This document shows positions 55,346 through 64,000 of a stretch of 64,000 bases of DNA, in pieces. The translations under genes and the position numbers were made by a program. Under the pieces are notes generated by a model that was not told where the DNA came from, made no database searches, and saw only the letters and a program-made list of their open reading frames with translations. The first letter of the stretch is position 1. Each line of letters opens with the position of its first letter. This stretch comes from an uncultured candidate division Zixibacteria bacterium (GTDB lineage: Bacteria; Zixibacteria; MSB-5A5; GN15; FEB-12). Location: the NCBI GenBank assembly GCA_963806185.1, contig CAWDXE010000007.1, positions 736,001 to 800,000 on the forward strand, written 5' to 3'.

Positions 55346-55873
55346 CTACTTTCGAGTCAGGCCGAGAATCAACCCGAGCACCAGCGACCAGACTGCAGCC
55401 AGCCCGATCTGATACTCAAGCGGCAAACTAAATGTAATGGTATGAGCCGGTATCCAGAACCAGAGCAATGTCCACCAGGCGGTAGTGAGTCCTTTGAAAC
55501 TCGACTTCCAGGCGATCAGATTGTCTTCCAGCCTGTGGAAAAACATCATCTGGGGGCCGAAAAATACATTTGTCAAAACCGAGACGGCAAACGCCCACCC
55601 CACGCCCGACGAAACCATCTGCGGCAACAACCCGTGATCGGCAAGTTCGCGCGTAAACCCTCGCATCCCGGTAAAACCGTACTTGATGACTATCCCCAGG
55701 AGCGCCCAGGCTGCAACCTTCGCCAACGTTTGCCATGCATTTCCCGGCAAAGCCGCCCGCTTCTGCCGCAGGCTTGCCGAAATCGCCTCTCCAAGTGTTC
55801 CCAATATCCCGAACTGTATTGCCGCTGACAACAGCGCATTCTCTCTGACCCACTGTGCGTACGCTTCAAACAT
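55346..55873 (-). CDS. Mpv17/PMP22 family membrane protein
   Basis: GTLGE, FFGP.MM.FHR, WFWIPAHTITF, WSLVLG. Confidence 0.75.
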   Translation of the reverse strand: MFEAYAQWVRENALLSAAIQFGILGTLGEAISASLRQKRAALPGNAWQTLAKVAAWALLGIVIKYGFTGMRGFTRELADHGLLPQMVSSGVGWAFAVSVLTNVFFGPQMMFFHRLEDNLIAWKSSFKGLTTAWWTLLWFWIPAHTITFSLPLEYQIGLAAVWSLVLGLILGLTRK

Positions 55874-55903
55874 CAATCATCTCCCGGATAACTGCCACCA
55901 CGT

Positions 55904-56497
55904 CTAGTGGCCGGTGGACAGGTAAGTTGAAAGACCGTCCAAAAAGAGTTGCACCGCCAGCGCCACCAGGATCATTCCCATCAGCCGCTCCACCGCCACC
56001 AGACCCCGTTTGGTGAGCAAATCGACGATATATGTCGACGAATACAGCACGATAAACGTTCCCACCCACGCCAGCCCCGCCGCCAGCAGCAATTGCGTCG
56101 ACGAGATAGTGCCGGTGGACGAAAACAACAGCAGCGCGGCCAACAGCGATGGCCCGGAAACCAGTGGCACCGCCAGCGGCACCAACAGCGGTTCGCCATC
56201 CAGTTCCGCATACGCATCTGATTCGTGACGGGGGAAGACCATGCGAATGGCGATCAAGAACAGGATGATGCCGCCAGCCACGCTTACCGACGACCGCTCC
56301 AGGCCCAGAAACGACATCACCAGCTTTCCGGACAGAGTGAACAGCGCAATCACGGCCAGAGCCAGGAGCAACTCGCGCACCAGCACGCGGCGCCGACGCT
56401 CCTCCGGCACTTTCTCGAGCACCGGGAGAAATATCGGGATATTCCCGAACGGATCCATGATGAGGAAAAGCGTGACCGCTATCGAAAGCAATTCCAT
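55904..56497 (-). CDS. MarC (YhgN/NAAT) family membrane protein
   Basis: IMDPFGNIP, GGIILF, VPLAVPLVSGP, ERLMGMIL. Confidence 0.92.
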   Translation of the reverse strand: MELLSIAVTLFLIMDPFGNIPIFLPVLEKVPEERRRRVLVRELLLALAVIALFTLSGKLVMSFLGLERSSVSVAGGIILFLIAIRMVFPRHESDAYAELDGEPLLVPLAVPLVSGPSLLAALLLFSSTGTISSTQLLLAAGLAWVGTFIVLYSSTYIVDLLTKRGLVAVERLMGMILVALAVQLFLDGLSTYLSTGH

Positions 56498-56627
56498 CTG
56501 ATTCCTTCTGCCGAACCGACGGTTGGCGTTCGCGGGCTCTCTGCTTGGCCAACTTGCCTAAGCTAGGTGTTGAGGAGTTAGCGGGCAATTACTGTTTATG
56601 GGTGATTCGTGTGCCGGCTGATTTAGG

Positions 56628-56664
56628 AAAAGAAGAGGCCGGCCCAATGCATGGGTCGGCCTCT
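56628..56664 (-). terminator. Intrinsic terminator of the cytochrome gene
   Basis: AGAGGCCGACCCA-loop-TGGGCCGGCCTCT followed by TCTTTT on the minus strand. Confidence 0.75.
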
Positions 56665-56678
56665 GCAGCTCAGCATGC

Positions 56679-58037
56679 CTACTGACAGGCGGGAAGTGGG
56701 GCGAAGGTGATGAACAGATTGTTGATCAACGCCGTGAGATCACCCACATCGACGCTGTTCGTCGGGTCACCATCGCAATTCGCTTCAGCCTGACAGCACA
56801 GTGGGTCAAAGGTAATGAAGAGATTGTTGATGAGCGCCGTCAGGTCGCCGATATCGACTCCGTCGCCCGCGCTGCAATCAACATTCCCAACTGCGCCAAT
56901 ACAACAGCCGCCGGCATGCAACCCGTGCGGTCCCGCCCCGGTCGGTACCACGCCGTGGCAAACCGCGCACGTATTGAGCGTCCCGGCATGCCCCTGCAAG
57001 GCGATATTCTGCACGTTGTCGCGCGCATTTCCGCTCGGCACAATCGCGTGCGGCTCACCGTGACAAGCACTGCAGAATAATCCGCCATGCCCGCGCGATT
57101 CCCGAAATAGCTTCCCCGGCTCCTCCGCATATGTCGCACCGTGGCAGGACGACGCCCCGCACGACGGTTCCTGCAACCAGGGATTCCGGCCGCTGCTGAT
57201 ACTTTCACCTACCTGAGTCACCGACCCGTGGCACATCTGGCAGGTAAACCCATGTTGGGTTTTCATGACATCGCGCAGACACTGCGTATTCGGTCCGGGG
57301 TGGCACTTGTAACAATCGTTGGTCCGCTCACCGTGCGCCTTGTGAATGGCTTCGGACAAGGAGGGTACGCCCGGCTTGCCCGGCGTCCCCAGTGCATTCG
57401 ATGAATGGCAGATCGCGCAGAGTATCGGCGTCTGCGTCGGATCAAACCCGGCTTCTCCGGCGTGTAGGTCCAGAATTCCCTGGGCGCTTGCGTGGCAGCC
57501 GGAACTGACGCAATTGATTTCATTTGACACCGGTACCACGGGCGGTGCTGTCCCCAACAAATTGCTCGACAAATCGTACGCCTTCAACAAGCCCAGTTGA
57601 AATGGATCCTCGTGCGTCAAGTCGGCGTCGGTGTACGGAGTGACGGGGACGCCACTGATGAAGAAGTGATCGCCCGCCGTCGGTACCATCTCGCCTGATA
57701 ACCCGTGCCCGGTCAGGCCGACATTCGGAGGCAGGTCAACGCCGAATATGGCGTAGTCGTAATCCCAGAAATTGGTTTTCCCGACCGAGTATGTGTTACC
57801 CGGTATTTCATACGTCACATGAACTCCGGTCGTCAGGATAACCGGCAGGTGGGTGGAATCGCCTACCTGTATCACCTGGGCTCGAACATTGTTGTACGGT
57901 GGCAATACGACAAAGGTGGAAAAGTCAAGATTGCTGCAATGCATGCCGAGGTCGTTCCACCCAATGACCACATAGTCGGCGGCAAACAACGGGGAGCATG
58001 CCACCACGAAGATGATTGCCAGGAAAACCCTCTTCAT
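56679..58037 (-). CDS. Secreted multiheme c-type cytochrome with dockerin-like tail
   Basis: Signal peptide, GWNDLGMHC, five CxxCH (CAICH, CYKCH, CQMCH, CSACH, CAVCH) and two CX4CH (CVSSGCH, CGASSCH); tail at 56679-56906. Confidence 0.9.
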   Translation of the reverse strand: MKRVFLAIIFVVACSPLFAADYVVIGWNDLGMHCSNLDFSTFVVLPPYNNVRAQVIQVGDSTHLPVILTTGVHVTYEIPGNTYSVGKTNFWDYDYAIFGVDLPPNVGLTGHGLSGEMVPTAGDHFFISGVPVTPYTDADLTHEDPFQLGLLKAYDLSSNLLGTAPPVVPVSNEINCVSSGCHASAQGILDLHAGEAGFDPTQTPILCAICHSSNALGTPGKPGVPSLSEAIHKAHGERTNDCYKCHPGPNTQCLRDVMKTQHGFTCQMCHGSVTQVGESISSGRNPWLQEPSCGASSCHGATYAEEPGKLFRESRGHGGLFCSACHGEPHAIVPSGNARDNVQNIALQGHAGTLNTCAVCHGVVPTGAGPHGLHAGGCCIGAVGNVDCSAGDGVDIGDLTALINNLFITFDPLCCQAEANCDGDPTNSVDVGDLTALINNLFITFAPLPACQ

Positions 58038-58374
58038 AATATCCTTCTTTCTGCCACGATCGTGCACGGCAGTGCGATGTAGAGCGTGTGACGTTTCACC
58101 GAGACTGATAGTGGTAAAATAGGTCGACAGGGACGAGTTGGCAATGGATTTCCATGACCCTCTTGCTTCCGCCCAGCAAGTTGCGGCGCTCGGCCGACTC
58201 TCCGGCTATTGCCGACACTTGAACTGCCGAGAACCGCGAGGCAAGTCTGCCGGTCGCACCTTCCATCAATTCTCGCCTTGCTGGGATGAGGTATAATGCA
58301 TATATTAGGTCCACGTAGTGTTATATCACGAAACACCCATCTCGGGTCATTAGCGCCCTCGGGATCTTGCGGCC

Positions 58375-59088
58375 ATGTCAACAGAACACGAACTTCGGAA
58401 TTACTGGAATCAGTGGAACGCCAAATACCAGGAAGTCGAACGCCTCGATGCACCATCAATGCGCCGTGGCGCCGAAGTTCTGCGCATCGTCAAAGGTCTC
58501 GGCCTCACCCATCCCGATATCCTCGAGGTTGGCTGCGGGAGTGGCTGGCTGTCAAGGCAGCTTTACGCGCTCGGCCCCGTGACTGCGATCGACATCGCCG
58601 ACGAAGTAATCGGTCGGGCGCAGGCGAGGATACCCGAAGTTGAATTCCTGAGCGGGGACATCACCACGGTCGATCTCGGTCCGCGTGTCTTTGACATTGT
58701 GGTCACTCTGGAAACCATCGGAAATGTCAGAGACCACGCCGGCTTCATTCAGGCCATCGGGCGACTGCTTAAATCCGGGGGATACCTGGTGCTGACGGCA
58801 CAGAACAAGTGGGTCTTCGATCGGCGAAGCGACGTACCTCCCCCGGATCCCGGAGCGATTCGCAATTGGGTGGACATCCCTACCGTGTCCCGCCTTCTCA
58901 AACAGGATTTCTCACTACTCAAGGTGATCACCGTCTTTCCCGCCGGTCATGGCGGGATTCTTAGAATCGTCAACTCCTACAAACTCGACAGCGTAGCCGC
59001 GCGTCTCGGCCTGGATAAGCCGATCACCAGCATCAAAGAACGCCTCGGCCTCGGACAATCAATAGTCCTCCTCGCAAAACGTCGGTAG
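58375..59088 (+). CDS. Class I SAM-dependent methyltransferase
   Basis: ILEVGCGSG, IDIA, FDIVV, LLKSGGYL. Confidence 0.88.
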   Translation: MSTEHELRNYWNQWNAKYQEVERLDAPSMRRGAEVLRIVKGLGLTHPDILEVGCGSGWLSRQLYALGPVTAIDIADEVIGRAQARIPEVEFLSGDITTVDLGPRVFDIVVTLETIGNVRDHAGFIQAIGRLLKSGGYLVLTAQNKWVFDRRSDVPPPDPGAIRNWVDIPTVSRLLKQDFSLLKVITVFPAGHGGILRIVNSYKLDSVAARLGLDKPITSIKERLGLGQSIVLLAKRR

Positions 59089-59212
59089 CGCGTCTCTCCC
59101 GGCCCTGAGTCACTCCGTTATCTGTCGAATTCACAACACCTTGTCGAGATTCAGTCAGGTCATTTTTGCGATGATTTTGTTGTGGAATTGCTTCCTAAAG
59201 CCGATGTTATAG

Positions 59213-60619
59213 ATGAAACACCGGGATTTTGACCATGAAGCAAGGATTGCTTACCCACCTATGAACGGGCTGACTAACAAATCATTCGCGCTTCTAAGTC
59301 CAAGCGGTTGGGGAAATCTGGGCGATGCGGCTATTGTCGATGCGGTAATCGAACAGATTAGATTGCGCTGCCCCGACGCTTCAATTATCGGCCTGACTCT
59401 GAACCCCGACGACACGCTCCGACGCCACAATATCCCCGCCATGACCCTTCGTGGTTTCTCGAGTATCGGGTACGGCAATCGAGAACCAGAACCGTCCGCC
59501 GTCTCGGCTTCCATATCCCAAGCTCTGGACAGACAGGCCGGCTCTGTCCCCAGCTCGACGCGGCTAAACCATCAACGGCGTGGCATGAAATTGCTCCTCG
59601 ATCTCATCACACGCCCCCTTCGCCGACCGCTCTACCCCTTGAAAAAAGAGTTCAAGCATCTGGTCCGCTCCTACCGCCGTCTGAAAAGTATCGACCTTTT
59701 GATCGTCTGCGGCGGGGGACAGCTCGACGACTACTGGGGCGGCGCCTGGGGACACCCCTACGTCCTGTTCCGTTGGGCATTGTTAGCTAAAATGACCAGG
59801 ACGCGCATGGTCATTCTCGGCGTAGGCACCGGGACAATCCAGACCGCTCTGAGCCGATTTTTCATCCGCTGCTCCCTGAGGATGGCCGAATTCCGCTCTT
59901 TTCGTGACGCCGGGTCCCGTGACCTGGTCGAAGCCCCGCGATTGGTAGGCCGCGACATGATCGGCCCCGATCTTGCTTTTGCCCTCAATGTGGATCGCTA
60001 CCTTGCGTCCAAACAGGCATCAAGCTCACTTCATGTTGCCGTGAGCCCGATGTCATATCTCGATCCACGAATCTGGCCGGAAAAAGATGCCGTCGCATAC
60101 GATCGCTACGTAAACCTGCTGGCTGATTTTCTACACTACTTGGTCGAAAACAAGTACCGCGTCTCGCTCTTTGCCACTGACACCGCCGATGAACGCACGA
60201 TTGTTGATGTTCAGAAGGCGCTTTCAGAGAAACACCCGGCGACGGCCGGCGCTGTCACCTCCCCGGAAATCGGCACCGTGTCAGGCCTGATGACTCTTCT
60301 GGGCGGAGTCGATCTAGTTGTTGCCAGTCGCCTGCACGGTGTGCTATTATCCTGCCTGATGGAAACCCCGACCCTGGCCCTATCCTACGATCGCAAAGTC
60401 TCTGCACTCATGCGGGATCTGAACCTCGCCACCTTTTGTGGTGACCTCTCTACCGCCAATCTGTCGGGCGTCATTGCCCTCTTTCAGACGACCGCGGCCA
60501 ATCGCGATCGAATCCGCACTTCGCTGCGTGACGCCGTACCGGCGTGTCGTCGCCAACTCGAGGATCAGTTTGATCGCGTCCTTTGCGCCGTCCGGGTTTC
60601 ACAGAAAGTGGAGGCGTAG
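59213..60619 (+). CDS. Polysaccharide pyruvyl transferase family protein
   Basis: GNLGDAA, GGGQLDD, SFRD..S, PDLAF, ASRLHG, YDRKV; start may be 59261. Confidence 0.9.
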   Translation: MKHRDFDHEARIAYPPMNGLTNKSFALLSPSGWGNLGDAAIVDAVIEQIRLRCPDASIIGLTLNPDDTLRRHNIPAMTLRGFSSIGYGNREPEPSAVSASISQALDRQAGSVPSSTRLNHQRRGMKLLLDLITRPLRRPLYPLKKEFKHLVRSYRRLKSIDLLIVCGGGQLDDYWGGAWGHPYVLFRWALLAKMTRTRMVILGVGTGTIQTALSRFFIRCSLRMAEFRSFRDAGSRDLVEAPRLVGRDMIGPDLAFALNVDRYLASKQASSSLHVAVSPMSYLDPRIWPEKDAVAYDRYVNLLADFLHYLVENKYRVSLFATDTADERTIVDVQKALSEKHPATAGAVTSPEIGTVSGLMTLLGGVDLVVASRLHGVLLSCLMETPTLALSYDRKVSALMRDLNLATFCGDLSTANLSGVIALFQTTAANRDRIRTSLRDAVPACRRQLEDQFDRVLCAVRVSQKVEA

Positions 60620-60622
60620 GGT

Positions 60623-61630
60623 ATGACCGGCCATCCACGCCCACTCGTCAGTTTCGTCACGCCGTTCTACAACACGGCCCAATACCTGGCCGAGTGCATA
60701 GAGAGTGTCTTGGGGCAGACGTATCAGAACTGGGAATACCATCTCGTCAACAATTGCAGTACCGACGGCTCCCAGGAAATTGCTCAGAAATATGCGGCGC
60801 TGGACCCACGTATCAAGCTAACAACCAATGCCGAATTCCTGGACCAGGTGCCGAATTACAACCACGCTCTCCGTCAGGTTTCATCCGCCGCGACCTTTGT
60901 TAAAATGGTTCAGGCCGATGATTGGCTGTTCCCCGACTGCACTGAACGCATGGTCGAACTCGCCCGCACTGACCCGGATATTGCCATCGTCTCCGCCTAC
61001 TCGCTCCGGCACCGATTCATTGGCTGTGTCGGGCTGCCGTATCCCAGCCATGTTACGCCGGGGGAGACGGCCCTCCGCCTGCATCTCATGGAAGGAAAGA
61101 CCGTCGTCGGCACTCCCACCAACGTCCTCTACCGTGCCGATCTGGTTCGGGCGCGGACGACCTTTTTCGACGAAAAGAGCATGCTCGAGGATTTGGAGAT
61201 TTGTTACGAACTGCTCATAGGGCGCAAGCTTGGCTTCGTTCATCAGGTATTGACCTATCTGCGCGAAGACAATCCCTCCATCTCGGTCGGACTACTGGCG
61301 TACAACCCCTGGCCCCTGCATAGACTCATTCTGCTCCGCAAATACGGTCCTCGTCTCCTTGACGAACAGGAATACGCCGGCTGCCTGGAGCGGGTCGAAT
61401 CCGATTATCTCAAATTTCTTGGCTATGCCAAATTGGTCGGCCGTCCGAAACAGTTCTGGGACTACCAACGGGAGGGTTTTGCGGAAATGGGACAAACACT
61501 CCCCACCGGCCGACTCTGGCGCGAGGCCTTCGGCGCCGCACTGGATGTTGTTGCAAATCCCAAGCTGACCTGGGATCGATACCAAAACCGCCGCACGCGC
61601 GCTGCCCGGCAGGCGGGAAGGGCACTATGA
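60623..61630 (+). CDS. GT2 family glycosyltransferase
   Basis: TPFYN, VNNCSTDGS, QADD. Confidence 0.9.
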   Translation: MTGHPRPLVSFVTPFYNTAQYLAECIESVLGQTYQNWEYHLVNNCSTDGSQEIAQKYAALDPRIKLTTNAEFLDQVPNYNHALRQVSSAATFVKMVQADDWLFPDCTERMVELARTDPDIAIVSAYSLRHRFIGCVGLPYPSHVTPGETALRLHLMEGKTVVGTPTNVLYRADLVRARTTFFDEKSMLEDLEICYELLIGRKLGFVHQVLTYLREDNPSISVGLLAYNPWPLHRLILLRKYGPRLLDEQEYAGCLERVESDYLKFLGYAKLVGRPKQFWDYQREGFAEMGQTLPTGRLWREAFGAALDVVANPKLTWDRYQNRRTRAARQAGRAL

Positions 61631-62412
61631 TCGAAGCGATCCGCGAACTCTACCGCTATCGTGAACTTCTTTATATGTTCACCTGGCGGCAAATTCAGAT
61701 CAAGTACAAGCAGTCGGTCATGGGTTTGCTCTGGGCCTTTCTCATGCCCATCATCATTGTCTTTGCCGGCGTGCTGGTCAAATTGGCCTTTGCCACTATG
61801 TCGCAACGTCCTTTCAACACGCTTGAAATCGCAACCGTCGCCGTCAAAGCCGTCCCTTGGGCCTTCTTCGTCTCGTCGATTCGCTTCGCCTCCCAAAGCC
61901 TGATCGCCAACACCAATCTGGTCACCAAGATCTACTTCCCGCGCGAGATCTGCCCGCTCGCCGTTTCCCTGTCGCAGATGGTCGATTTCGCCGCCGCCGG
62001 CTCGCTGCTCGTCATCGGCCTGCTCTTTTTGCAGGTCGGCATCAGCGTCCATCTGCTCCTGGTGCCCGTGTACATCCTCCTGCTCTTCCTGTTTACCTCC
62101 GGGCTAGGGATTATTCTTTCGGCGGCCTCGCTGTTTTTTCGCGACGTGAAGTATATCGTGGAAGTCATCCTGACCTTTGCCATCTTCTTCACACCGGTGT
62201 TTTACGAGCCGACCATCTTCGGCCCCAAAGGCCAGTGGCTGCTGCTTAATCCTGTGGCGCCGATACTTGAAGGTCTGAATGACGTCGTCGTCATGCACCG
62301 AATGCCCGATATGAACTGGTTTGCCTACAGCGCCGCCGTTTCAATTCTATTGGCTCTGTTTTCACTCCGCTATTTCAAACGGCTTGAACCGGCCTTCGCC
62401 GAGAGCATTTAA
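61627..62412 (+). CDS. wzm: Polysaccharide ABC exporter permease
   Basis: KYKQSVMGLLW, KIYFP, FRDV, TPVFY, LNP. Confidence 0.92.
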   Translation: MIEAIRELYRYRELLYMFTWRQIQIKYKQSVMGLLWAFLMPIIIVFAGVLVKLAFATMSQRPFNTLEIATVAVKAVPWAFFVSSIRFASQSLIANTNLVTKIYFPREICPLAVSLSQMVDFAAAGSLLVIGLLFLQVGISVHLLLVPVYILLLFLFTSGLGIILSAASLFFRDVKYIVEVILTFAIFFTPVFYEPTIFGPKGQWLLLNPVAPILEGLNDVVVMHRMPDMNWFAYSAAVSILLALFSLRYFKRLEPAFAESI

Positions 62413-62421
62413 GGGAATCCC

Positions 62422-63630
62422 ATGGCCGATACCGCCCTCAGACTCGATCATGTTCACAAGAAATTCCGCCGTGGAGAGATGTACAACTCACTGCGCGACC
62501 TGATTCCCGCCATGACCGGACGATTTCTCAGACGATTCGGGAGCGAAAAACTGGAGCGTCAGGAATTCTGGGCACTCAAGGATGTCACGTTTCAGGTCGC
62601 CAAGGGCGAAGCCGTGGGCATCATCGGCTCCAACGGCGCCGGCAAGAGCACCATGCTCAAACTGTTGAGCGGAATTATGAAACCGACCTCCGGTGCGATC
62701 ACCGTCAACGGCAAACTCTCCGCCTTGATTGAGGTCGGCGCCGGCTTCCATCCCGACCTGACCGGCCGGGAGAATATCTTTCTCAACGGTGTCATCCTCG
62801 GCATGACCCGAAACGACATCAAACGCAAGTTCGACCAGATCGTGGAATTCTCCGGACTGGCCGAATTTATCGACACACCGGTCAAGCGTTACTCCTCCGG
62901 CATGTTCGCCCGCCTCGGCTTTTCGGTCGCGGCCCATGTTGACCCGGACATTCTCATTGTCGATGAAGTGCTCAGTGTCGGTGACTATGTCTTCCAGAAG
63001 AAATGCATTGAACGGATGAACGAAGTGCTTCACGACGGAACGACCGTCATCTTTGTCTCACACAATCTGCGCGCCGTCACCGACCTTTGCCATCGCTGCG
63101 TCTTGCTCGATCACGGCTCCGTTCTCTCTATCGGGCCGACCGCTGACATCGTCCGTAATTATATGTCTCTCGTGTCGGAAAATCGCGGCGACCAAAGCGA
63201 CAAGCCGGTACGAATCACCCGGCTGGATATCCGCAGTGAGGCCGGTCCGTCCGTGACCTTTAGTGCCGGGCAACGGGCCTGGGTGGACATTGAGCTGACT
63301 GCCACCCGACCGGTTGAGAAAATCGCCGTCGTACTGGAATTGCAGGACAACAGCTTCTACGAAATCTTCAATACCTCATCCGAACGGTTAGGCATTCCAC
63401 CCCTCTCTCTCAAAGCCGGGGAAACCTTCACCTGCACCTTCGCATTGCAGCTTCATTTGTCCGCCGGTACTTTTCATCTCGGCGCCGCGCTTTACCGGTA
63501 TGATATCCAGAAAGCCTTCGATAGCTGGTCCAGTTCGACGACCATATTCGTCAAATCGCCTATTGACGTCCGCGGCGCGGCGAACTTGTACCCGACCGTG
63601 ACCATGAATCGCAAGTCCGAAGTAAAATGA
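62422..63630 (+). CDS. wzt: Polysaccharide ABC exporter ATPase with C-terminal carbohydrate-binding extension
   Basis: FWALKDV, GSNGAGKS, GFHPDLTGREN, YSSGM, DEVLSVGD; about 150-aa beta-rich C-terminal domain. Confidence 0.93.
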   Translation: MADTALRLDHVHKKFRRGEMYNSLRDLIPAMTGRFLRRFGSEKLERQEFWALKDVTFQVAKGEAVGIIGSNGAGKSTMLKLLSGIMKPTSGAITVNGKLSALIEVGAGFHPDLTGRENIFLNGVILGMTRNDIKRKFDQIVEFSGLAEFIDTPVKRYSSGMFARLGFSVAAHVDPDILIVDEVLSVGDYVFQKKCIERMNEVLHDGTTVIFVSHNLRAVTDLCHRCVLLDHGSVLSIGPTADIVRNYMSLVSENRGDQSDKPVRITRLDIRSEAGPSVTFSAGQRAWVDIELTATRPVEKIAVVLELQDNSFYEIFNTSSERLGIPPLSLKAGETFTCTFALQLHLSAGTFHLGAALYRYDIQKAFDSWSSSTTIFVKSPIDVRGAANLYPTVTMNRKSEVK

Positions 63631-63645
63631 CGGGTGTCACATACT

Positions 63646-64000
63646 ATGCCTGCCAATCCCTTCATCGATCCTTCACCCGCTCTTGATGTCTCGATCATCA
63701 TCTGCTCGCGCAACCGGTGCGCAAGCCTTTTGGGTGTGATACAGGCGATGTATGAGCAAAAGGGAACTGACACTCTGGCGTGGGAATTGATCGTCGTCGA
63801 CGACGCTTCAACCGATGCCACCCGGAAGACCGTTGAAGATTGGATTGCCGATGGACACCCCCAGACCCGCTACTTGTTCGAGCCGACTATCGGCCAGGCC
63901 TTCGCCATGAATCGGGGCACAGTTAATGCAAAAGGGAAGTTGCTCATATTTACCGATGATGATGTCGTTCTGGACAGCCGGTGGCTGGTCAGTCATCTGT
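63646..64000 (+). CDS. GT2 family glycosyltransferase, truncated by the window end
   Basis: Read by hand: VSIIICSRNR, ELIVVDDASTD, IFTDDD; absent from the ORF track because there is no stop in the window. Confidence 0.85.
   Translation, partial: MPANPFIDPSPALDVSIIICSRNRCASLLGVIQAMYEQKGTDTLAWELIVVDDASTDATRKTVEDWIADGHPQTRYLFEPTIGQAFAMNRGTVNAKGKLLIFTDDDVVLDSRWLVSHL

Noticed and set aside
1..64000. Numerous antisense and alternate-frame ORFs of 60-240 aa; tRNA, rRNA, transposase, integrase, phage or anti-phage defence genes
   Set aside because: Shadow ORFs are expected at this GC content and lack motifs; none of the other element types was recognisable by eye

Overview
A gene-dense, fairly GC-rich window from a diderm (LPS-making) bacterium. 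A Cys-rich dockerin-like tail on five secreted proteins points to candidate phylum Zixibacteria (inference). From start to end it holds: an LPS/envelope operon (msbA-like transporter, four glycosyltransferases) translationally coupled to rel/spoT; a minus-strand rpsU-yqeY-cvpA-mutS2-dnaG-recN operon, with a single +1 frameshift in each of yqeY and cvpA; HIT, yebC, a HAD hydrolase and an LTA-synthase-family enzyme; an ECF sigma/anti-sigma pair with back-to-back promoters; a nested cluster of REP-like palindromes; an aminotransferase next to an AbfD/HpaB-family enzyme with rewired catalytic residues; rsgA behind two look-alike upstream ORFs; a LytS/LytTR pair flanked by secreted genes carrying 21-bp-phased boxes; alpha-2-macroglobulin plus pbpC; a sigma54 two-component system driving a receiver-HPF fusion; a multiheme cytochrome; and the start of a wzm/wzt polysaccharide locus. 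No tRNA, rRNA, CRISPR array, transposase or integrase was seen. The best candidate for an undescribed system is the shared dockerin-like tail, which is attached to five unrelated cargos including a 7-heme cytochrome. All calls come from reading motifs by eye; no searches were run.
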